Below the pieces are notes generated by a model. It worked only from the letters and a program-made list of their open reading frames with translations, was not told the origin of the DNA and made no database searches. The position numbers were made by a program, and so were the translations under genes. Positions 18,032-24,061 of a stretch of 24,061 nt of DNA are shown here, piece by piece. Each line of letters begins with the position of its first letter. The stretch's first letter is position 1. The stretch comes from Bryobacteraceae bacterium (GTDB lineage Bacteria > Acidobacteriota > Terriglobia > Bryobacterales > Bryobacteraceae). Location: the NCBI GenBank assembly GCA_035714225.1, contig DASTMK010000175.1:1-24061 (forward strand), in the 5' to 3' direction.

Positions 18032-19150
18032 ATGGAAGAACTTCGGAAACACGTTGAATACCGGCTCACGCGCCAGGGCCGGTTCCTGATCGCTGAACTT
18101 CTGCGCCCCCATAACGTACTGAGTACATCCGTTCGGAACGGGGGGCAGCAGACTTCGCTCCGTTACCTCGTTAATCATCAGAGTTGCGAGGCTTCAGACC
18201 ACCGGGAGCGGCAGCGGTTGATTTCCGAAATGGGCCAGGAACAATATCACAATGTTGCTTGCACGGAAATCGGACTTGACCCCCAATACGTCGCCATGAT
18301 GGGCACGGCGGCGAACATGAACTACGCAAGTATCGTGGATATGGCGGATGATAACCTTCGTGTCACGGCTGTTGTAACAGCCGGCGTTCAAGGGAATGCC
18401 GCGTGTGCAGGCGATCCCGCCGGATGGAGGGAGACGGACGAAGGTTGGCAAAAGATCGCGGCGGCGGGGACCATCAACACGATGCTTTTCGTCAATCATC
18501 CGGTCACCGAAGGAGCACTCGCCCGAGCCGCTGTGACAATGACGGAAGCCAAGTCCGCGGCACTGCAACGGCTGGCAATTCGAAGCCTTTATTCGCCGGA
18601 TACCGCAACCGGAACAGGCACTGACCAGTATTGTGTTGCGGCAACAATCGGTGGCGCAAAGCCGCTTACCTCCACAAGTCCGCACGTCATTCTGGGGGAG
18701 TTGATCGGAAGAGCGGTCCGTGATGCGACGCTCGAAGCTCTGCGCTGGCAGAACGGACTCGAATCCAGCTACACACGCGGTATCTTTCACGCACTTGGAC
18801 AATACGGTCTGAACGAGTCAAGCTTTTTCGAGGATATTGCCAGCCGGCTGACGGATCGGGAAATGGAGCTTCTCCGTCGCAACAATAAAGCCGTATTCTA
18901 CGAGCCAATGGTAGGCGCCTCTGCCTATGCGGTCGCGTCGGTGCTGGACCGGGTGCGTTACCAGACGCTGCCGCCCAGTGCGGCTCGCGAGGTAATTCGG
19001 CAGCAGGCTGCGACTCTTGCGTCGAATCTGGCCGCGAAACCGCAAGCCTGGGCGGAGTTCTGGTCCTGCTTGCGCGAGGCCGACCCAGCGAAACCGCGAG
19101 AGCTGATTCTCGATGCGATCGCCGCCGGCTGGTCTTCAAAGTGGACCTAG
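18032..19150 (+). CDS. cbiZ: Adenosylcobinamide amidohydrolase (CbiZ family) with a roughly 130-aa C-terminal extension
   Basis: The track calls GTG at 18017; the ATG at 18032 gives MEELRKH. The N-terminal 240 aa include LSTSVRNGG and GTAANMNYA..VTAGVQGNAACAGDPA, resembling CbiZ-family conserved blocks as recalled from memory. The gene overlaps cbiB by 10 nt, the arrangement seen in archaeal-type cobinamide salvage. The family call rests partly on context. Confidence 0.6.
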   Translation: MEELRKHVEYRLTRQGRFLIAELLRPHNVLSTSVRNGGQQTSLRYLVNHQSCEASDHRERQRLISEMGQEQYHNVACTEIGLDPQYVAMMGTAANMNYASIVDMADDNLRVTAVVTAGVQGNAACAGDPAGWRETDEGWQKIAAAGTINTMLFVNHPVTEGALARAAVTMTEAKSAALQRLAIRSLYSPDTATGTGTDQYCVAATIGGAKPLTSTSPHVILGELIGRAVRDATLEALRWQNGLESSYTRGIFHALGQYGLNESSFFEDIASRLTDREMELLRRNNKAVFYEPMVGASAYAVASVLDRVRYQTLPPSAAREVIRQQAATLASNLAAKPQAWAEFWSCLREADPAKPRELILDAIAAGWSSKWT

Positions 19151-20115
19151 CGGCCCTTCACCCGAATCCACAGGTCCTGGCCGGTGCGGTTCTGCTCGAC
19201 CTTGCGATCGGCGATCCGGTTTATCGGGCGCACCCGGTCCGGCTGATGGGAGCAACGCTCACATGGCTTGAGAATCGGCTCCGAGCGGCACGCCTGGACG
19301 GTTATGGCGGGGGCATCGCGCTGTTCCTTCTTCTCGCAGTGCTTTGGGCCGGCGGTATAGCAGCCGGTTTGACAGCCTTGGCGCAGTGGAGTTTCTGGCT
19401 CTGCCTTGCGGTGCACTTGTTCCTGGTCTACTCGCTGCTTGCGTTGCATGATCTATTGCGGCATGCCTGGGCAGTTGAGCGAGCAGCTCGACAGCACGAT
19501 CTTGCCGCGACACGGGTAGCAGTCTCTCGTCTGGTGGGCCGCGACACGAGCCGCATGGACTTCGCCGCGTGCCGCAGAGCCGCAATCGAAAGCCTCAGCG
19601 AGAACCTGGCCGATGGCTTCGTCAGCCCCTTGTTCTGGTATGCAATCGGTGGAATTCCAGGTCTTGTTGTGTTCAAGATTGTGAGCACGATGGATTCTAT
19701 GGTCGGATACAAAACCGAACGCTATCTGCGATTCGGCTGGTGCGGCGCCCGGCTTGACGATCTGATGAACCTGTTGCCGGCCAGAATGACATGGCTTTTG
19801 ATTAGTGTGGTCGCAAGCTTCTTTCCTCGATGCTCGGCACTCAAAGCACTACGAATCGGCTGGCGGTATCACTCGGTTTTACCCGGTCCGAACTCCGGAT
19901 GGAGTGAGGCGGCCATCGCAGGAGCCCTCCAGCTTCGGTTGATCGGACCGATATGGGCGCAGGGCCTGCTGGTGACGAAAGTTTGGGTGGGCGATCCGGC
20001 GGACCCCCCAGCAGGTGCGCGATCTGATGTTCCACGCGCCGCCGTCTTCACGGCGCTGACAGGATTGCTTGCCGCGGCGGCGGCACTCGCTTTTATTGCT
20101 GCGTATCCTCGTTGA
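19141..20115 (+). CDS. cbiB: Adenosylcobinamide-phosphate synthase (CbiB/CobD family)
   Basis: A 324-aa ORF with GTG start. It carries the CobD/CbiB signature LLDLAIGDPVYRAHPVRLMG and multiple TM segments. The TGA stop is at 20113-20115. Confidence 0.85.
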   Translation: MDLAALHPNPQVLAGAVLLDLAIGDPVYRAHPVRLMGATLTWLENRLRAARLDGYGGGIALFLLLAVLWAGGIAAGLTALAQWSFWLCLAVHLFLVYSLLALHDLLRHAWAVERAARQHDLAATRVAVSRLVGRDTSRMDFAACRRAAIESLSENLADGFVSPLFWYAIGGIPGLVVFKIVSTMDSMVGYKTERYLRFGWCGARLDDLMNLLPARMTWLLISVVASFFPRCSALKALRIGWRYHSVLPGPNSGWSEAAIAGALQLRLIGPIWAQGLLVTKVWVGDPADPPAGARSDVPRAAVFTALTGLLAAAAALAFIAAYPR

Positions 20116-20144
20116 CTCCTGTAAGCGACTCGTGCTAGCGTTGA

Positions 20145-20320
20145 GATTCCTTAGGTGCCCAAAACGGGCCTAACAGGGAAGTCCGGTGCAAAACCGGCGC
20201 GGTCCCGCCACTGTAAGTGAGGAATGGCCGTTTGCAATATGCCACTCGGTTCGAACAACCGGGGAAGGTGAAACGGTCTGGCAGCTAACGACGCTGCCCC
20301 CTCCGAGCCAGGAGACCTGC
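20145..20320 (+). promoter_or_regulatory. Cobalamin (AdoCbl) riboswitch in the leader of the adenosyltransferase-btuFCD operon
   Basis: Conserved core elements appear in the expected order: AACAGGGAAgtcCGGTGcAAAaCCGgcGCgGtCCCGCCACTGTAAgtGAGG, containing the B12 box GCCACTG at 20207-20213. They are followed by GCCACTcGG...CCGGGGAAGG at 20241-20268. A CCTCC stretch near 20296-20300 could pair with the downstream SD AAGGAGG at 20440-20446. Confidence 0.85.
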
Positions 20321-20456
20321 CTGGGGATTATGACGGCTGACTTTCTGCGGAGAACGGAAAGAATGCGATTGATCTCCATCCTAATTCGCACCCCGATTCA
20401 AAGGCTCTTCGCTCCATCGTGGGAAGTCTGTCGCCAATCAAAGGAGGACAGACCTC

Positions 20457-21035
20457 ATGAGCATTGCTACCAAACGCGGTGATGGCGGCCAGACCAGTCT
20501 CGCCGGGGGAATTCGCGTCTCTAAATCGTGCCTACGCGTTGAAGCGTACGGAACGATTGATGAGTTGAACTCGGTACTTGGCTTTGCCCGTTCGATCTGC
20601 GATGACGCAGACCTTCGGGAACGGACCAGGCTCATCCAACGCGAATTATTTCAAGTCGGCTCCGGTCTCGCTACCCCGTCCGTGAGCCGTAAACCGCAGA
20701 TTCCGGTCCCTGCTGAAATCGTCGATTCCCTCACTGCTCAGGTCCACGAGATCGAGGCGACGGAAGGACTACTTTCGGATTGGTCACTCCCTGGCGAGCA
20801 CACCGCCGCTGCAGCGTACGATGTTGCCCGCACGGTTTGCCGGCGCGCCGAGCGCAATGTAGTGCGGTTGATGGAAGCTGGTGAGACGTTCGACCCGAAT
20901 GCCCTCGCCTACCTCAATCGCTTGTCCGACCTGCTCTGGCTTTTCGGCCGGAAGATCGAGCTTGCCGCAGGAGTGAGCGGCGGGCTGCGCGCCATGAACG
21001 GAAAAGAAGGGCCCCGCTGGTCCCGGGCCTGGTAG
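20457..21035 (+). CDS. PduO-type ATP:cob(I)alamin / cob(I)yrinic acid a,c-diamide adenosyltransferase
   Basis: A 192-aa ORF. MSIATKRGDGGQTSLAGGIRVSKSCLRVEAYGTIDELNSVLGFA matches the PduO/MMAB N-terminal consensus (TKtGDxGxTSL...RVxKxxxRVEAYGtvDELNS). It sits directly under the B12 riboswitch behind a strong SD. Confidence 0.9.
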   Translation: MSIATKRGDGGQTSLAGGIRVSKSCLRVEAYGTIDELNSVLGFARSICDDADLRERTRLIQRELFQVGSGLATPSVSRKPQIPVPAEIVDSLTAQVHEIEATEGLLSDWSLPGEHTAAAAYDVARTVCRRAERNVVRLMEAGETFDPNALAYLNRLSDLLWLFGRKIELAAGVSGGLRAMNGKEGPRWSRAW

Positions 21036-21075
21036 GGGTCCCCCGCTGCCGGAAGCCGTTTAGCGATCAACTGTC

Positions 21076-22071
21076 ATGATTCGGATTCATCGATTCTCAC
21101 ACGCCCTGCCTCTAGCCGTCCTGGTTTTGGCTATCGGCATCATTGCCGTCGCCGTGGAGCGCTTCGCCTCTTCCCTGGGCGGACTGCGAATCACGCGCGA
21201 AGGCGATGGGTACGGTAGACCCGAGATCCGAACCGAGTCTTTGAAGTATCCGAGAGCGGCTGTGGATAGCGACCTTTTCCGCGTTCGAATCGCGAAACCA
21301 GCGCGCCGGATTGTGTCGCAATACTGGTCGATCGACGAATATCTCTATTCGGTAGTACCGCCGGAGCGAGTCGTCGCGGTCAGCCAAAGCGCCTATGAGC
21401 GCCGCATCAGCAACGTGTATCCGTTCGCGGAGCGCTTTCGTCCGGTGATTGCAACCGATCCGGAAAAGGTTCTTCGCCAGACCCCGGACCTGATTCTCGT
21501 TTCCAACAGCGCACGTCTCGATTTCTGCGATCTCGTCCGCACCACCGGCATACCGATATATCGCGCTTTCGCGATGTTCACGACGCTCGAACAAGTCGCG
21601 GAGACAATTCGCCTGACTGGTTATCTCACCGGGGAAGACACAGCGGCCGCTAAGGAAGTAGATCGTTTCTGGTCCGGGATACGGCGTGCCCAGGCGCGTA
21701 AGCCTGCCAATGCTCCGCGCCCTCGAATTTTAGGGATGGGCGGACGGTCTAGCTATGGTGACCAGACATTGTTCCACGACATCGTTAAAACGCTCGGGGG
21801 GATCAACGTAGGCGCGGAAGGTGGATTGCGCGGCTACAACAGTGTCAACACCGAGCAGATTGTCCAATGGAATCCGCAGTGGATCATCGCCGGCGCCGAT
21901 CGCGGCAAGACCAAAGAAGTGCTGGACCGGATGTTGCAAGACCCTGGAATCGCAGTCACGCAAGCTGCGAGAGACGGACACATCGTAGTGCTCGAAAACA
22001 ATGTGTTCCTGCCGGCGTCCCCCTTCACTACGTTGCTCGTGAATGCGATTGCTGAGGCGATTTATGGATAA
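21076..22071 (+). CDS. btuF: ABC transporter periplasmic substrate-binding protein, BtuF/FhuD class (class III PBP); B12/corrinoid-binding by context
   Basis: A 331-aa ORF with an N-terminal anchor or signal, LPLAVLVLAIGIIAVAV. Its two-lobe PBP pattern includes PDLILVSN and IVVLENN, typical of BtuF/FecB-type binders. It lies in a riboswitch-controlled operon with a FecCD permease and an ATPase. Confidence 0.7.
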   Translation: MIRIHRFSHALPLAVLVLAIGIIAVAVERFASSLGGLRITREGDGYGRPEIRTESLKYPRAAVDSDLFRVRIAKPARRIVSQYWSIDEYLYSVVPPERVVAVSQSAYERRISNVYPFAERFRPVIATDPEKVLRQTPDLILVSNSARLDFCDLVRTTGIPIYRAFAMFTTLEQVAETIRLTGYLTGEDTAAAKEVDRFWSGIRRAQARKPANAPRPRILGMGGRSSYGDQTLFHDIVKTLGGINVGAEGGLRGYNSVNTEQIVQWNPQWIIAGADRGKTKEVLDRMLQDPGIAVTQAARDGHIVVLENNVFLPASPFTTLLVNAIAEAIYG

Positions 22072-23116
22072 ACGGCGCGTTCGGCTCGAGCTCTTCTATT
22101 TGGTCCTGCTGCCCGTATTGGCGCTATCCGGCGTCATCGCCATTGGTATAGGAAGCACGGAAGTGTCCTGGCGGACGATCCTTGGAGTCGCCGCTCAGAA
22201 ACTGCTGCCCGGGGGTTGGGTCGATACCAGCGGATTGACCCAGGCAGATACTGTGGTCGTTTGGCTTATCAGAGTGCCGAGAGTGTTGGTCGCGGCCTTT
22301 GTCGGGGCCGGGCTCTCAGCCGGCGGCGCAGTCATGCAGGGGCTATTCCGGAACCCGCTTGCGGAATCCGGCCTGGTGGGTGCCGGTTCGGGCGCTGCGC
22401 TTGGTTCGGTGATCGCTTTCATCGCCGGGTGGACGGTAAGGTCCATTGTCTCGTTGCCAGTGGCAGCGATGATCGGTGCGCTGATGGCCCTCGTTGTGGT
22501 GTATGCCATGGCGACTCGCGGTGGCGTTACGCCTGTCGCGACCTTGCTTCTTGCCGGCGTCGCGGTGACTTCCCTTCTCACGGCCGTGTGGAGTCTGCTG
22601 CTGTCCATCAACATCGTAAACTGGCAAATCGCACAAGAAGTTCTTTTTTGGATTATGGGCGGCTTGGACGCACGCTCGTGGACGCACGTATGGCTGTGCG
22701 CACCGTTTGTGACTCTCGGCATTGTCGCCGCAATTGTCCAGGCACGCGAACTCGACCTGATGCAGCAGGGAGAGGAAACGGCGGCGGCATTCGGCGTGAA
22801 TGTCGAGCACTCCAAGCGAATGTTGATTCTCACCGCTTCTGTGCTCACGGGGGCGTGCGTGGGGGTCGCCGGCATGGTTGCTTTTGTCGGCCTGGTGGTT
22901 CCGCATGCGGTACGGCTATTGATCGGGCCGTCGCATCGCCCGCTGCTTCCGGCCTGTTCAATCGCCGGAGCGGCGTTTCTCATCCTGTGTGACCTGGCGG
23001 CGCGGACCATTCATCCGCCAACGGAAATACGTCTTGGCGTGATCACTTCGTTAGTTGGCGGCCCGATTTTTATTGCGCTGTTGATGCGCCGCTACCGCGA
23101 GGTTGGACTTGCATGA
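22064..23116 (+). CDS. btuC: FecCD-family ABC permease (BtuC-like)
   Basis: The track calls the start at 22043. The ATG at 22064 (MDKRRVRLELFYLVLLPVLALS) overlaps the btuF stop as ATGGATAA. The protein has about 9-10 TM helices and a conserved FecCD glycine-rich block, AGVAVTSLLTAVWSLLL...GGLD. The TGA stop overlaps the ATG of the ATPase (ATGA). Confidence 0.8.
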   Translation: MDKRRVRLELFYLVLLPVLALSGVIAIGIGSTEVSWRTILGVAAQKLLPGGWVDTSGLTQADTVVVWLIRVPRVLVAAFVGAGLSAGGAVMQGLFRNPLAESGLVGAGSGAALGSVIAFIAGWTVRSIVSLPVAAMIGALMALVVVYAMATRGGVTPVATLLLAGVAVTSLLTAVWSLLLSINIVNWQIAQEVLFWIMGGLDARSWTHVWLCAPFVTLGIVAAIVQARELDLMQQGEETAAAFGVNVEHSKRMLILTASVLTGACVGVAGMVAFVGLVVPHAVRLLIGPSHRPLLPACSIAGAAFLILCDLAARTIHPPTEIRLGVITSLVGGPIFIALLMRRYREVGLA

Positions 23117-23898
23117 GCGTGCTCGACGCTACTTCAATCTCGGTCAGCCGCGGCGGCCGTCAGATTCTCAGCGACGTGACCATCAGCCTGTCGTCCGGCG
23201 AGTTCCTCGCGATTATCGGCCCGAACGGAAGCGGCAAGAGTTCGCTGCTCCGCGTGCTTGCTGGAATCTGGCCGGCGGAATCGGGATCCGTGTCTCTCGA
23301 CGGAACACCCATCGGCGATATGTCGCGTCGCGATATCGCACGGCAAGTGGCTTTTGTGCCGCAGGATACACGAGTCGACTTTGCTTTCGCGGTTGAGGAG
23401 ATCGTAGCGATGGGACGGCATCCACATCGCGGCCGGTTCACCAGTGAACGGGAAACGGACCGCCGCGCGATCAATCTCGCGCTCGAACGTTGCGACGTCA
23501 GTTCGCTGCGCCACCGCCTTGTCAACACACTCTCCGGAGGCGAACGTCAGCGTGTTCTGATTGCGCGCAGCCTTGCTGTCGAGCCCGCGTTCCTCCTGCT
23601 CGATGAACCCACCGCAAATCTGGACATTCAACATGCCCTCGAAATTCTTGACCTTTGCCGGTCTCTCGCGGATGGCGGACAGGCCATCGCATTCGCAAGC
23701 CACGATATCAACGCGGTGTCCCGATACGCCTCGAGTGTGGCGCTGATGGAATCCGGCCGCATTGTGGCTGCGGGCACACGGAACCAGGTCCTGACTCCCC
23801 GGGCCGTTCGGGATGTATTTGGTGTCGCGATCGAAGTCCTGGCCGCCTCCAACGGACAATCACTCTACCTGTTTCATCGAAGGAACAACCAGATATGA
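23113..23898 (+). CDS. btuD: ABC transporter ATP-binding protein (BtuD/FepC-like)
   Basis: A 261-aa ORF with Walker A GPNGSGKSS, ABC signature LSGGERQRV, Walker B LLLDEPTANLD and the H-loop ASHD. Confidence 0.85.
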   Translation: MSVLDATSISVSRGGRQILSDVTISLSSGEFLAIIGPNGSGKSSLLRVLAGIWPAESGSVSLDGTPIGDMSRRDIARQVAFVPQDTRVDFAFAVEEIVAMGRHPHRGRFTSERETDRRAINLALERCDVSSLRHRLVNTLSGGERQRVLIARSLAVEPAFLLLDEPTANLDIQHALEILDLCRSLADGGQAIAFASHDINAVSRYASSVALMESGRIVAAGTRNQVLTPRAVRDVFGVAIEVLAASNGQSLYLFHRRNNQI

Positions 23899-24061
23899 CA
23901 CGATTCCTACTCTTGCTTGCATGCTTCTCCTCTTCCCTGATTGCGCAGGAAGGAACCATCCTGCGCGGGCGTGTTGCCGACCTTCAAGGCGCAACGATTC
24001 CCGATGCCAGGGTTCGCCTCTATCGCCAGGACACGGGTGTGGCCCTCCAGACTCGAAGTAA
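23895..24061 (+). CDS. TonB-dependent outer-membrane receptor (N-terminal carboxypeptidase-regulatory-like domain), 5' fragment; probable corrinoid receptor
   Basis: The ATG at 23895 overlaps the btuD TGA (ATGA). MTRFLLLLACFSSSLIAQEGTILRGRVADLQGATIPDARVRLYRQDTG is a signal peptide plus the CarbopepD_reg-like start typical of Acidobacteria-type TonB-dependent receptors. It continues past the window end. Confidence 0.6.
   Translation, partial: MTRFLLLLACFSSSLIAQEGTILRGRVADLQGATIPDARVRLYRQDTGVALQTRS

Noticed and set aside
20186-20482. 98-aa plus-strand ORF
   Set aside because: It spans the cobalamin riboswitch aptamer and runs into the adenosyltransferase start. It is explained by the structured leader RNA.
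22195-23010. 271-aa minus-strand and 258-aa plus-strand ORFs inside btuC
   Set aside because: They overlap the FecCD permease, which has a clear multi-TM pattern. They are shadow frames.
1-24061. Search for CRISPR arrays, tRNAs, IS elements/transposases, integrases or known defence-system genes
   Set aside because: I found no direct-repeat arrays, tRNA-like cloverleaf-sized gaps or transposase-like ORFs. Intergenic spacers are all shorter than 350 nt, and the one long spacer is the riboswitch. The gene content is metabolic or housekeeping.

Overview
This is a high-GC bacterial chromosomal segment, tightly packed with genes. The protein families suggest a soil Acidobacteriota-like genome, but that is inference only. 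No rRNA, tRNA, CRISPR array, IS element or integrase is evident. There are three main blocks. Block 1 (minus strand, about 1-8070) is a densely packed same-strand run of eight genes: short-form NfeD, flotillin (SPFH), a Tat-signal phosphotriesterase-family hydrolase, a DUF3108-like secreted protein, a secreted SGNH/GDSL hydrolase, a class I SAM methyltransferase, a secreted TIM-barrel hydrolase-like protein, and a GT2 polyprenyl-phosphate glycosyltransferase cut by the window edge. Block 2 is housekeeping: a secreted CocE/NonD hydrolase and a Gfo/Idh/MocA oxidoreductase on the plus strand, then a minus-strand operon valS-nadC-birA-coaX plus a coupled hypothetical protein with a DnaD-like motif. 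Block 3 (plus strand, 16.9-24.06 kb) is a corrinoid salvage/transport locus. It reads signal-peptide 2-hydroxyacid dehydrogenase, cbiZ, cbiB, a clear cobalamin riboswitch, PduO-type adenosyltransferase, BtuF-like binding protein, FecCD permease, ABC ATPase, and the start of a TonB-dependent receptor. Many long ORFs in the six-frame track are antisense artefacts of high GC content, and several called N-termini (phosphotriesterase, nadC, DUF3108, cbiZ, btuC, 2-hydroxyacid dehydrogenase) were re-set from overlap, Shine-Dalgarno and signal-peptide logic. I could not identify a known defence system. The most unusual content is the flotillin-led secreted-hydrolase operon, the CbiZ/CbiB corrinoid remodelling locus with its riboswitch placement, and the DnaD-like protein coupled to coaX.
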